The notes: generated from the sequence alone by a model not told the origin. A stretch of 64,000 nt of DNA from the human T2T-CHM13v2.0 reference genome, Homo sapiens (GCF_009914755.1 NC_060933.1); one strand, 5' to 3'; shown: positions 41,849 through 58,380, counted from the stretch's first letter. Translations and numbers: made by a program.

Positions 41849-42444
41849 GGGATGTTTCAGAAAGATAAAAGGGTCAAGTAAACAACGAAGGTACTGGAAT
41901 CAGACCTTCAAAATAGATAAAAACAAAATTTGACGGGATTAAAGGATCTCCTCATCATAGAGAAGTCCACAACCATAATTGGAAGTTTGAATACCTGTCT
42001 CAATAATTGACAGAAGTAGTAGATTAAAACTACCAGTAAGGACATAGAAGATCAGAGTAATACTGTATGTAATACCACCCACCTTGACATAATTGGCATT
42101 TATAGAACACAAAATCCAATAATTATAGAATATGCATTCTTTTCCAGTATACATTCAGCAAGATAGACCATATATATGGTGGACCATAAAATAAGCTTCA
42201 AAAGATTGAAATCTTAGACTTTGTTCTTTGATCATAATAGAATTAGAAATCAATAACAAAAAATCTGGAAAGTTCTCTGATCACAATAGAATTAGAAATC
42301 TATAGCAAAAAAAAAAAATCTGGAAAGTCCCCAAATATTGGGAAATTAAATAATATACTACTAAATTAAAAATTCATTAAACTTTTTTTTGTTACTGCTT
42401 GATTAGCTAATTGTTACAGATGATTCTCTGATTTTCTCTCTGTC

Positions 42445-43027
<583 letters not shown>

Positions 43028-43859
43028 TAAAAAGAGAGAAAAATACACAAATAGAAGAGATTGTGACATAGAGGTGAAATTCTCTCAGTTTTGTGTGTGT
43101 TTTCCTCTTGAGTTTTTCTCCCATATTTAGGAAAAGATGAATTATAAACTCTTTATGTGCAACTTCTTTAAATATAGCATATATGAGTCTCCACTTCGTA
43201 TATAGTGTCAAGCTGGTACACAAAACAGATTCTCAGAAAATAAACTAAGAAAATATTCCTCAAGTCTCTATAAATACATATTTTATCACATGTGATTGTA
43301 CTATATCAATCTCATTTTGAATCTCATTTTGAGAGATGCACTTACACTGTTTGGTATGGCGTTTTGTATTACAGGAATGCTTTTCAGGACTAGCAGTTGC
43401 TAAGGGAAGGAAATGCTTAAGCTTGTCTGTAAACATTAACTTCAGCATATACACATTAATAATGGCTTCCCCACCTGTAACCAACCTACTTACCTGGCAG
43501 GTTTTATTTCCTAGGCTAAGGATTTTTGAGAACTCTATCATAAAACAGCTGAATTATGACCTCCTTTGGTTTTTACAATATGCAAATACAGCTAAATACT
43601 CGTTAATATTCTGCATTTAAATTCTTCTTCTTAATAAAGACATGCACTTTATTCCTGCTCCCACGTATGGTTCCTAAGGTCCCAGAGTTCAGACTTCCTT
43701 ACAATTTTTAATTCTCTTCTATCTTAAACCTTTTGAGAGCTGAGCAATAAGCTTTTCATTTTCTTCAGAATCAGCTCCAGTCTCAGGATTTTGAGGCCAT
43801 GTCAGTAGAGTAAGAATGTACCCTCCATGTTTTCTATCAAAAATAAAATATTAACTTGT

Positions 43860-44010
43860 TTAATAGTTTCAGTTTTGCCAGATGAAAATAATTCTGGTGA
43901 TGGCTGCAAAACAATTTGAATGTACTTAATACCACTGAACTGTACACTTAAGAATGGTAAAGATGGTAAATATTATGTTTTCTATATTTCACCATGATTT
44001 TTTAAAAGTT
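43860..44010 (+). mobile_element. L1MB/MC extreme 3' end
   Basis: gaatgtacttaataccactgaactgtacacttaagaatggtaaagatggtaaat. Confidence 0.8.
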
Positions 44011-44017
44011 TAAACAA

Positions 44018-44520
44018 GGCCGGGCATGGTGGCTCACGCCTGTAATCCCAGCACTTTGGGAGGCCGAGACAGGCGGATCACTAGGTCAAGGAGATCAAGA
44101 CCATCCTGGCTAACACAGTGAAACCCCGTCTCTACTAAAAATACACAAAAATTAGCCAGGCGTGGTGGTGGGTGCCTGTAGTCCCAGCTACTCAGGAGGC
44201 TGGGGCAGGAAAATGGCATGAACCTGGGAGGCAGAGCTTGCAGTGAGCCAAGATCCTGCCACTGCATTCCAGCCTGGGAGACAGAGTGAGACTCTGTCTC
44301 AAAAAAAAAAAAAAAAAAAAAAGTTTAAACAAGACAGGAGGATCACCTGAGCCCAGGAGTTCAAGACCAGCCTGGGCAACAAAATGAGATCCCATCTTTA
44401 CAAAAAAAATTTAAAAATCAGCAGGGTGTGATTGTGTGCTCCTGTGGCCCCAGCTACATGGAAGCATCAGTGAGCCATGTTTTTGCCACTGCACTCCAGC
44501 CTGGCTCTGGCTTAAAAAAA
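44018..44520 (+). mobile_element. AluY/Sc (44018-44322) followed by a partial AluJ (44333-44520)
   Basis: Target-site duplication aaaagtttaaacaa around the younger copy. Confidence 0.88.
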
Positions 44521-45887
44521 AGGCGGGGGGAGTGAGGGGGTAAGAAAAGAGTCAAGAAGACCTGAATCTTTTTTTTTTTTTTTTTTTTTTAATGAAAATG
44601 GCATTTGTTCCAGAGGCAAGAGTAGCCTCCAAATTAGTAGAATGCCAGATGGAGATGTGGGGTGGGGTGGGATGGGGAGAAAGGTGTTGAAGCAACTCAA
44701 TCATGCTACTACTAATAGTTCCTCTTGGGTTGAGACTTAGGATGGTATTAAATTCAATTGTTTTCTTTTCTGTTGTTTTTATACCCGTGTGTGCTCTTGA
44801 TATTATATTGAGTTGGCGTAGTTGCTTGCAGTCAGTAGATAAGAATAGTAATGGGATAATATGTATGAAAAATATTGACAGCACAATACTTTTCTCTTTC
44901 ATGGAGTTCAGACATAATTTGGGAGAAATAAAGATAGGTAGTCAATGTCTATCCAGCACATCCTAAAATTTATGTTCATTGTTGTAGAAAAATGTATATA
45001 ATCTAAGTTCCCATAGTTTCAGGAGAAAACAAATTGTAAATTAAACTTTCTGTATTTTTGCTCCATACCCCAAGATTTTACATATCTACATCTAACTATA
45101 GCCTCTTCAAGTACTCCTATTGTTTGAAAACAGAAAACTTTAAAATGGAAAAGTGGGCTCCTCCTTTTGTCCTTTCTTACTTGAATTTTCTATTTTGAAA
45201 AGAATAATAGGGGAGAATTTCACAGGGCTCTAATTTATTTGACCCCTCTTTTTCCTGTTTTCCTATTATGACTTTAATAATATACTTTTATTTGAAAATA
45301 TTTCTAAGAGTCACTTTTTTGGGGAGAAGAATTAGTATGCAGTTTTGTTATAGGCACCTCAGTTAGATCATAGTAATAATGGTGATATAAGAGAAAAACA
45401 ATTCTGACTCTTATAAAATTATCAGAAGGGAAATTTTCCAGTTTATTAAAACAGAAAGGACAGTTGGTTTGGTTTAGTCATCAAAATAAACTCTGACTAA
45501 CTAGATTCCCAAGTTCTATATTGTGCTTGAATTTTCCATTGGGAATGAAACATTCCACTGCCCTTTTTACTGTTTAACTTAAGCTGCTGTGAACACTCAG
45601 AGAATGGCCCTGTGGCTGAGCTGCTTATTTTTTTTTTTTAATCTATTCATTTTATACTTTCAGACAGATTTTTCCCTGGGGTGAAACAAAGGTTAACTGA
45701 AATTTCCTCTGTTGTGTACCTGAACGAATCAGCAGTTCGAGAAGGAAATCCCATTGATGGGCCAAGAGAGTGACAGGCTCTATTTAAAGAATTCCCCCGA
45801 CTGTGTGGTAGACCAGCCATGCCATGAATTTAACTGTTCCTGTGGTCCCCATACTTGTACCCACCAAAAAAAAAGAGAGAGAGAGAG

Positions 45888-46303
45888 AAAGCGACTTTGT
45901 TCTGCAAACGTTGGCCTAAGCTTTGAAAACCATGAGCCATTGAGTTTTGTGAATTCAAGTTAGACAGTAACAGAGGCCAAGACTCTAAGCGAACAATATC
46001 TGAAAAGGAAGTACACAAAAACAGGTAGAAACTGTTTAACTGTTTTATTTCTCTGTGTATATACATATTTATGTGTGTTTATACACACAAAAAAATACCT
46101 TTTTTGCATTTTATGTAGCCAGTCCTAATTACATTTGATCAATAGTGTTTGTTAAATTTTTTTAAATATGTAACAAATATGAAGGTTTTTCTTGTTTTTA
46201 CAGCTTTTTTGCTCCATAAAAGTATCCTGGTTTTTATCAGGACATATTATATGTATTGGAAATGAAAGTCAGCACGGTGTGAGTTTAAATGGTTAAAAAA
46301 AAA
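45888..46303 (+). repeat. Donor of a ~415-bp local duplication (copy at 49176-49636)
   Basis: About 96% identical to 49176-49636 by manual comparison. Confidence 0.92.
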
Positions 46304-47869
46304 TGGATTTTTATATTACCTCTGCAGGAGCTTCTGTTAGGACCAGCTCATGTATTTTGTATTTTTTCTGTATAAGGGAAACTGCTTTAAATATGAAAAG
46401 ATGGTATCTTAAGTTGGATTAAACATCCGTAATTCATGTGTATTTAACCTCAGGACTTGTGAGCCTTGTTGAAAAATCCAGCTTTAAACCTTCCCTGTAG
46501 GCCTCAATAGTGCATACTGCATTGGGATTATAAATAGTCAGTCTGTTTCTGGAGTGTAGGTTAGTATGTATTCCCAGGAGGCATGAACTATTTACATTTC
46601 TAACAAATGTTTCACATATGTTGCTGATTCATATTTCTATGTACAAATTTAGGCTTTAATTTTTTTAATTTCCTTTTTTATTAGAAGTTTTGTTATAAAA
46701 AGTTTCTTAAGTGTTTCATTCTTTCTAGCATGGGTGGCTTAAGGAGATTGGAGGGGAGCGTTTCATTTATTTATATAGAGATTTTGATGTTTTGAAAGAC
46801 AATAGAATTAATAGAGAAAATTGTCCAGATATCCAGCGCTTGGATTTTTGTTTGAGAAGTTTGAGGAAGCAGATGCCATTTGAGTTGGTTTCTATGGAAA
46901 AATTTATCTTAGAGATGATGTAGGGCTATATTTATGTTCACAAATGAGAAATTGAAGCTGAGAGAAAGAGAAAATGTTTAATACATAATTACTCAATATG
47001 TCTTGGAAGAACCTAGGTTTTTATTCATACCTGGTGTTTCTTTATAAACTGCCTCTCTTTTATCTTGAGATGGTATTTTCGAAATTATTTCTCTTTCTCA
47101 TTTTCTTCTACCATTTCCTGACATTTTCTTGTCTTTTGTTCTATTCTTCTTCGTCTCTTATTTTTCTATATTGGTTGTACTGTAAATAGGTTGCTAGCAA
47201 CACACCTTAGGAGCAGGCTTTTGGGGAATGGGTCTAAGTATTCCATTTGGCCTATAATAGGCTATATTGTTGTTTTGGAATATAATTTTGAAAAAATCAA
47301 ATTTATATTTATCCTGCTAGTTGATCAAGCTATAAATCAATCAATACTTACTAGTTGCTGCTTATATAAATAGAAGAGTTAACCAGTGACTCAGACAGAT
47401 GACAATTGACTATTAAAGATTTTTTTAAATTGGCATATGTTTAGGAAAATCACTTGTTTCTTCAAAATTTATTCATTAAGCAGTATTTTTTGAGCACTTA
47501 CTATGTGACAAACACCACACAGGTGATAGAGATACAACAGAGAGGAAGATGGAACTGGTTCCTGTCTCCTTACATCCTGGTGTAATTATATAATAAAAGT
47601 TAACCACAAGTAGAAACTTGGGGCATTATTTTTGTAAAATCTCAGTCAAGTTTCTCTCTACATAGAAGACTAGTATAACTTCAGATACCATCATTCATAT
47701 CCATATCAGAATATAGTCCTATGTTAAAAGTAGAAAGATGCAATTTTAAACATGTTTTCCCATTAGTAATTGTCATGTGGTACATGATGAAATGAAATTG
47801 TTGAAATGAGTACCAGTAATTTTATTATTAGAGAAAGTCAGAACACTATTAATAAAATAATTTAGGGAG

Positions 47870-48435
47870 ATTATATAGCATATTGGTTAAGAGCATGGTT
47901 TGGATGTAAACATGGGTTTGAGCCCTCTAGTCTGCCACTGAGAAGATTTTTGGTATTAAATCAATTATTATTCATATTTTTATGAATTCATAAACCTCAC
48001 CTGTTCTCATCTGTGAAATAAAATTGTAATACCTACCTTTATAAGATTGTTATGAGAGTTAAATTAGAAATACAGGCTGGGCATAGTGGCTTATGCCTAT
48101 AATTCCAGCACTTTGGGAGGCCAGGGTGGATCACTTGAAATCAGGAGCTTGAGACCAGCCTGGGCAACATGGTGGAACCCCATCTCTACTAAAAACACAA
48201 AAATTAGCTAGGTGTGCTTGAATTCTCAGCTACTCGGGAGGCCAAGGCACAAGAATTTGCTTGAGTCCGGGAGTCTGAGGCTGCAGTGAGCCAAGATCAC
48301 ACCACTACACTCCAGCCTAGGCAAATGAGTGAGACCCTGTCTCAAAAAAAAAGAAAGAAGGAAAGAAAAGAAAAATACATAAATGTTTAACTTAGTACCT
48401 GGCACAGAATAAGCTCTTTATATGTATTAGCTGTT
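47870..48435 (+). mobile_element. MIR interrupted by an Alu (48075-48375, +)
   Basis: MIR core ttctcatctgtgaaat...gttatgagagttaaattaga, resuming ttagtacctggcacaga after the Alu. Confidence 0.75.
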
Positions 48436-48480
48436 TTTATGTCCTATATTCTTTTTTTATTAATTTAATCTTGATTCTCT

Positions 48481-48727
48481 TTTTCCCTCCCTCCCTCCCC
48501 CCCGTTCCCGCCCTCCCTCCCTGCTTCCCTCGGTCCCTCCCTCCCCCTTCCCTCCCTCCCTCCCCCCCCTCCCCCTTCCCTCCCTCCCTCCCCCTCCCCC
48601 TTCCCTCCCTCCCTCCCCTCCCACCTCCCTCCCTCCCTCCCCCCTTCCCTCCCTCCCTCCCCCTCCCCCCTCCCTCCCTCCCTCCCCCCTCCTTCCCTCC
48701 CTCCCTCCCTCCCTCCCTTCCTCTCTG
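48481..48727 (+). repeat. (CCCT)n-type polypyrimidine tract at the tail of an antisense Alu monomer (48730-48882)
   Basis: About 245 nt of almost pure C/T. Confidence 0.95.
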
Positions 48728-49175
48728 CTGTTGTTGAAACAGAGCCTCTCTCTTTCATCCAGGCTGAAGTGCAGTGGTGTAATTACTGCCCACTGCAACC
48801 TCTGCCTCCCGGGCTCTAGCAGTCCTACTGCCTCAGCCTCCCAAGTAGCTAGGACTACAGGCATGAGCCACCATGCCCAGCCATGATTTTCTTTCTCTAG
48901 AAAAGTCTGTTAGTGGGGATTTGAACATTCTTTTTGTATTATACATATTTTCTTTGAGGTGTCATACATTAAAATCAATTTCTTCAAAAATCAGGATGAG
49001 CATTTGTACAAAAGTATACAGTCAACTAGGATGAGGTTTTTTAAAAGTTGTTTTCCTTTTAACATAAAGTTGTATGTAATAATTTCCAATCCCTCATGCC
49101 TTCTTGCTTCCTTTCTGGCAATCTCAACTTCAAATCAGTAATACTTATTATAGGTACATTGGTACCTATAATAAC

Positions 49176-49636
49176 AAAGCGACTTTGTTCTGCAAACGTT
49201 GGCCTAAGCTTTGAAAACCATGAGCCATTGAGTTTTATGAATTCAAGTTAGACGGTAACAGAGGCCAAGACTCTAAGCAAGCAATATCTGAAAAAGAAGT
49301 ACACAAAAACAGGTAGAAACTGTTTAACTGTTTTATTTCTCTGTGTGTATACATATTTATGTGTTTTTACACACAAAAAAGTACCTTTTTTGCATTTTAT
49401 GTAGCTAGTCCTAATTACTATTATATACTTATTATAGGTACATTTATGTAGCTAGTCCTAATTACATTTGATCAATGGTGTTAAATTTTTTTTAAATATG
49501 TAACAAATGTGAAGGTTTTTCTTGTTTTTACAGCTTTTTTGCTCCATAAAAGTATTCTGGTTTTTATCAGGACATATTATATGTATTAGAAATGAAAGTC
49601 AACACAGTGTGAGTTTAAATGGTTAAAAAAAAAAAA
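49176..49636 (+). repeat. Templated copy of 45888-46303 with fold-back junctions and an internal template switch
   Basis: Direct sequence comparison; see findings. Confidence 0.92.
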
Positions 49637-49684
49637 CATTTAACCATTTGGACTTAAAGACCTTCTGTCAATATTCTGTCTAGA

Positions 49685-49987
<303 letters not shown>

Positions 49988-50239
49988 CTATCTATCTATA
50001 TAGATAGATAGATAGATTTTTTTATAGGTAGATAGATTTTTTTTTTTTTCTGGAGCTAAATTGAAACCCAAGTAGCTTTGGGGGCTTGTTATCCATCTAA
50101 TATACAAATTCTTCCTTCTATACCAAGTCATGTCTTGCCATAATAGAAGGTAGAACTTTTAAGGAGATAGGGTACCACATTATGGTGAATGAATATTTCT
50201 TTTGTGGTCAAAATCATCAAACATTTGTCTATATTTACT

Positions 50240-51935
<1,696 letters not shown>

Positions 51936-52061
51936 GGTAAATATTGGGAATAATTGTAATGTTTAGTTTAACCCTGAATATACCGTCAGGTTTATTGGAC
52001 CCAATTTTAGTTTGAAAATTTTTTTTTATTTTGAGTGTTTCTAACTATTTGTAAGAATTGA

Positions 52062-52357
52062 GGCCAGGTGCAGTGGCTCATGCCTGTAATCCCAGCACTT
52101 TTGGAGACCAAGGCGGGTGAATCACTTAAGCCCAGGAGTTCAAGACCAGCCTGGGCAACGTAGCAAATCCCCATCTGTACAAAAAATACTAAAGTTAGCC
52201 AAGTGTGGTGGCATGTCGCAGTAGTACCAGCTACTTGGAGGGCTGAGATGGGAGGATTGTTTGCACCCGGGAGGCGGATGGAGGTTGCAGTGAGTTGAGA
52301 TGGGGCTGTTGTACTCCAGCCAGAGCGACAGAGTGAGACTCTGTCTCCAAAAAAAAG
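52062..52357 (+). mobile_element. AluJ
   Basis: Dimeric Alu; target-site duplication gaattga. Confidence 0.88.
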
Positions 52358-53286
52358 GAATTGATAGTACATACTTTGATTCTTTCTTAAACGTCTTCCA
52401 AAGACTAGAGAAGAGTTTTACTTTTCTTCACAATAAAACTAATTCTGTTTCAGAATTACTGTGTGGGTACATTGGACCCTTTTATAAATCTAAGATACTT
52501 CATGGCCTCCTGCCATATCTTGAAAAACTATACTGTTTCATCATCCTAGGAATAATTTTATCATTACTTATTCATTATTTCCAGTTGTACTGAAAAAGAC
52601 TAAATTATTAATTTTTTAAAAAAACAGAAGAATGATGAAATTGCCTAGAAGGATAATGCAGGAGTGACATGAATCATCACTGTTACATCATCCTTCACTT
52701 TTATTATTGTGCTGCCTAAAGTATTGCATTATCTTTCAAGAATGTGCAGTAGAAGTCTGGAGACACACTGTCTTTATAATCTTCTTTCACTTTCATTGAA
52801 CAAGGCTGAGAATTCACAATTTTATATTTTCCACACAAAATGGCAAATAGGAAATTGACAAAACATGTTTTCACAATTTTTAGATGAATCAGAAGATGAA
52901 TGCAAAGAAACACGTAGTCTAGGTACTAGAACCTAATGATGTAATGAACTTCATCTTTTAAGTAATTCTCAGACTACGATTTTTCAGTGGATATTGGTAG
53001 ATGTTTTTTCTAAAACTCAAGAACTGATAAGTGAATGATGTATTTCTGTGTAAAAAAAAAAAGCAGAGTATTCTCATAGTTACTCATTCAACAGAACATT
53101 GTTCATCACACAATATATGACAGGAATCTGAATCATCCTGCTTTGATAAGGACATGTGATTTTTTTTATATTTTATGATATTTGTGCATCTAAATTTACT
53201 TCATCTGGTTTCTATCAAATGGGCAAATGCTGTAGACAGGTATATATGCAGGGGCGATTAGAAGGAAATAGATGATATAGAAATGA

Positions 53287-53897
<611 letters not shown>

Positions 53898-56649
53898 CTA
53901 TAAATTATGAAATGACTTAGTTTATTAAAAGGTCCCATTGGACCCAGATAGTGAATGGTGAAAACTATTTTTCCTAGTATAAAGGAGCAGGAATATAATG
54001 AAAAGGCACTAGAGATGTGAAGATGACTAAACTTGGAGAGATGAAGTACTGGTGGCTGGTAGGGTAGTAGGTAGACTTTTTAGGCCAAGTAAATGAAACA
54101 ACTAAACTGCTATTAAATTCAGAAAAATTAAAATGTTGTGTAAGAAGAAAAATAATGTACTTCATTCACTACATAGTCATTATATAAATTGAATATAAAT
54201 TTAACCTGAGGATGGAGGGAGAAGAAATTCAGATAGGGTGTTATAAGATAATTAAATCCTCTTTTATTATGAATTTAGAAATTAGATAGATAAATCCATT
54301 AAAAAAAAACAGAATGAACATGATTTAGAAATATTCAAGTAAATACCAAAAGAAATAGCAAGAGGTGTAAGTGGTTGCCTCTTGGGAATGGGAGCTGGCA
54401 TAAGGAGGAGAGAACTGGTATTGTTTCTTACATGGTATTTTAGTATTTTTAGAGTTTTTAAAAACCATGTGTATTGCTTTGATAAAAATTAATAGTAAAA
54501 TATGAAACTGGATTTAGAGAGAATCTCGCTGGTATGTATCAAATGAAATTGAAGGCACAGGGAAAACAACAGTCTTAGATCTCAGGTGATGAACAACTGT
54601 AATGACTGGAAGGGGGAACCAAAGTACTGGCTTGGAAAGACATTTTAAAGGAATATAATGTGGAATTTTAAGACCTATTCTGATTGGACAATGGGAGTGA
54701 AATATTAGGTTAAGATGCAAACAAACCTGTTTTGAGGCACTCATAACAATAGGGGAGAAGGTATTTATGCCCATTTCAAGTGGAGTTGGAATGGTAGGTT
54801 GTGCTTTGGATATGTTATAGCTTGCAATGAATGTAATATAAACATTTGTGATATATCCTGTAAACAGTTTGAAGTGTGAGCCTGAACATGTTTGATCTAA
54901 GGTCTGGAGGAAGATGTGAAGCAAATCTGACCTAAAAAAAATTATAGGAAAAAAGCAAATTGTTCTGGATTTGTTTCACCAAGGAACAAGTAAGCAGAGA
55001 ACCAGACACTGGAGAAAAAAAGGAGTCAGGAAGTAGACAAGGAAATGTTAAAAGAAATAATAGGATAACTGAAAGAATGTAGCTTCCAGATTGCTAGCTA
55101 TCAGCAGATAGATAGAAACTTTTATACAGCCTTTAAATCTTCCCTAGAAACCTTTTTAAAAGTAGCTTCTTGATTAGATTTAAATGGGTTTTATTTATGC
55201 TTGTCATTTTACAGATATTGTAAATATACATATGGTATATTTTCTTTTTGCCTTTTGTGGACAGTTGGAGGTGGGGAACAGGCATCCATAGTCAGTATAT
55301 TTAAAGGAAGAAAAAACAACTTCCATAATCTTGTTATATTGACTGTTTCTGTTGATACATTTTCCCTTTCTTTCTTGTTTCTTAGTATGATTTGAGGGTC
55401 ATTTTAAATTTCTGAATAAATATTTTGTAAGCCAGGTGGTTCACTGACTGAACGTTTGGGACAGAGGTAATGGGAGATGAGGCCTTCTCTCTCTCTCTCC
55501 ATAGACAAAGGCCTTAATATGACTAATAACTTAGCGAAAGCTCTATATGACCCTCTGCTAAGCACCTGTATTTATTTCCTCTTTCTTCTTCCTCCTCTAC
55601 CTCTAAAAAAAGAAATCCCCATTTCTTTTACACACATGTTAAAAATAAAAAATTGTTTCTGGTAAATTTAATATGATTTAAAATAAGATGAACATTTTGA
55701 TGCTTTACTTGCAAATTCTGCTATTAAAATGTGTTTTATTTAAACTATTGCCACTTATACAGTGAAAAATTTTAATGACTAAAACAGTTTTGTGACCAAT
55801 GTTATAATTGAAAAGTATAAATTTGAGAAAACCAAGACAGAAAAAGGGAGCAGTTTCAGAAGAATGTAAGTGAATAAAGTGGCTTAGCCCTCAGGGGATT
55901 TGAATGTGGCATTGTGTGTATTTCAAAAGTTTCCGTTGAAAACAGATGCTGCTGATGAAGTTGGGAATAGTAACTTCATCTGTGGCTGTTTCAGTTGCTT
56001 ATTAGAAGTGAGAAAGATCCCAAGGGGTTTATCTGGTGTAGTGGAGTTAGGCTCAGGAAAGGATATGACATAAATATCTGGCAGCTTTGTCTGTGTGGTC
56101 TTTAATCCATAAACACTGGTTAGGTACAAGCATGATTATCTATAAACATGCAATTATCTTATTTCATGTGGATTCTGTTTCTACCACAGTGTTATTTCAG
56201 TAATGGCAGGGTTGTTTTTTGAAGTCCATTTTAATTCTTAAGAACTGGTTATTACAGAAATTGTAAGTTTTTTCCCTAAACAAAGAGAACTGTCTTACTG
56301 AATTTTTATTATATAATGATAGTTCATTAAATTATTTACTGGCTTATGTGCCCCAATTCAGAACAGTACTTATTCATACAGTTGTCCATATGAATGTTTC
56401 CTTTTTTGCTTTTTCTTTTCAATTTTATTTTCTGATATTATTCATAGTATTCAAGTTATTCTGATAACTGGATAGATAAAATAGATATGGTCTCAGTCCA
56501 TAGAGCACTTTGATATAGAGAGGGAAATAAAATATTTATTGACATAGCCCTTAATACAGAGTTTAAAAGTGCCCAGGATCCTTGAAAATATAGATAAGAT
56601 GCTTTCAGACTATGACTGAAGGAGAATTTACTTCTACTACTAGAGGGAA

Positions 56650-57700
56650 TTCAAAGGAGATAGAAATGTTATTTAATTAATTAATTCAGTAAATATGAAT
56701 ACCTATGGTAACTAAGCAATCATGCTTTGATGTTTGGAAGATATAAAGATAGAAATTACACAGTTAAGTCCAGATATTACAAAGTTGTGAGTGATCATCA
56801 CTGCTTTTGAAGGGGTACCAGATAAGACTTCAGTGGAGGTGAGTAGGGACTTGATGGCCATATCCCAATTCCAAGTGGATGAATTGGGGGTGAATTCAGG
56901 TGTTCCACAGAATAAATGTATAGGCATAGCTGCAGAGAACAACAGGAAACTGGGGAAATTATTAGGCATAGCTGGAACATTGGGACCAGGAAAATGAAGC
57001 AAGAGAAACAAGTAAAGGCCAAATCATGAAAGTAAAGGCCAAATCATGAAAGGCACATTGTATAGTATACAAAGGAATTTTATGTGTATCCTGTAGGCAG
57101 CAAGGGACCATTCAGGGCAGAATGTATTCACATTTATATTTTAGAAATTACTTAAGTAGCAGTGGAATGAAAAGCAGTGTGTGATAATAGAAATAGTCAG
57201 AAGATATTTCATAATCTGGGTAAGATATTAAGTGGTCCTGAGCTAAAATCGTGGCATTGAGGCTATTTTGGATACCCTATTTATAGTATTTGATATGAAA
57301 AGTGAGAGAGAACCTGAGTTGAGCTTTCTGGTTTGGAAAACAGACTATGGTGCAAGTCATTGAGATAGAAGACATACAAGGAAGGAAAGTAGGGGTTTTG
57401 TTTTTGTATCTTTAAGGAAGAGAAAATAATTCCATTTTAGTGAATATGAGTTTGAAATACCTGTGAGACATCCAAGAAAAGACATGGCTAGAGAAGCAAA
57501 TTTGGTAGTTCTCACTATGGGCATATATGACATAATCTGGGAGAAAAGTTGTAGAAGAAAATGGGTAAAGTATGGAGTATACCAAGTAACTAGTGAAGAG
57601 GAAACCACAAAGGGGGACAAGAGATAGGAAAGCATTTTGTTCTATCAGCCAAGAGAATTGTAAATGCCTCCTAGAGGTCAAGTGAGAAAACTGCTGAATA
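56650..57700 (-). mobile_element. L2 fragments
   Basis: ttcagtaaatatgaatacctatg; gagtttgaaatacctgtgagacatccaag. Confidence 0.55.
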
Positions 57701-57713
57701 TTATCTATTTACT

Positions 57714-57793
57714 TTAGGTTGGTGCAAAAGTAGTTGTGGTTTTTGCCATTACTTTCAAAGGCATAAACCACAATTACTTTTGCACCAGCCTAA
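57714..57793. mobile_element. MADE1 (Hsmar1-derived 80-bp MITE)
   Basis: ttaggttggtgcaaaagtagttgtggtttttgcca...ggcataaaccacaattacttttgcaccagcctaa forms a near-palindrome. Confidence 0.93.
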
Positions 57794-58380
57794 ATACATT
57801 GATTTTGAGGAGCTGAGCCTTAAAAGATATTCAAAGTTTGCAATCATGAAAATTGTACTGGGTTGGGTGGAAAATTGGGCAAAAGGTAGACAGTGTTGGA
57901 GATCAAGGGAATGCCATGAACAAAAGTACAGAACTGGAAAAGCACATTACAGACATGACCTTTTGTTTTAAAATATTACAAATGTAAAAAAGATGTATAA
58001 AAAGAAGGTGTGGACAATAAGTTTTATGCTATTACTTTTATGGTATAACTGCCCAAATACTTAAGTTAACTGGTGGGAGAGTTATTTACAACCTTTTCTA
58101 CTTTTCCTTTTTTCTTTTTTTTCCTTAACATTTCACTATGTTTTAGAGCATTGAAAGAATGCCATCTCAGATCAGGGAGAGTTTTGGTTTCATGATGCAA
58201 GTACAGGAATAGATATTGAGAAAGTCCAAAGTTTTGGTTCCTTAAGGATTACAGGTATATACCAGCTATTGTTTCTTTTTTTTTTTTTCCGAATCTCTAA
58301 CCATGAGCTCACAGTCTATAATGTATAGGCACACAGATTATTTGGGGATAGAACAGTTGCTAACAGACCTACACACTTAG

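Larger units (their letters stand above)
39195..42370 (+). mobile_element. Old L1M 5'UTR/ORF1/ORF2-endonuclease fragment with nested Alus
   Basis: ORF1-like aaatggaaattttagaactgaaaaat...cattggagtcccagaagaagagaag; ORF2 EN-like gacataattggcatttatagaaca...gcaagatagaccata. Confidence 0.75.

Noticed and set aside
48460-48864. G/R/E-rich and proline-rich ORFs
   Set aside because: Translations of the (CCCT)n tract and the adjacent Alu.
45888-49636. The duplication interpreted as a retrocopy or new mobile element
   Set aside because: The terminal A-run is already in the donor, there is no target-site duplication, and the junctions are fold-backs.
54514-54924. 136-aa minus-strand ORF and a possible cryptic exon at about 54868-54988 (AG...AA|GTAAGC)
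   Set aside because: No recognisable protein similarity. The acceptor is weak and such splice-like pairs are expected by chance.
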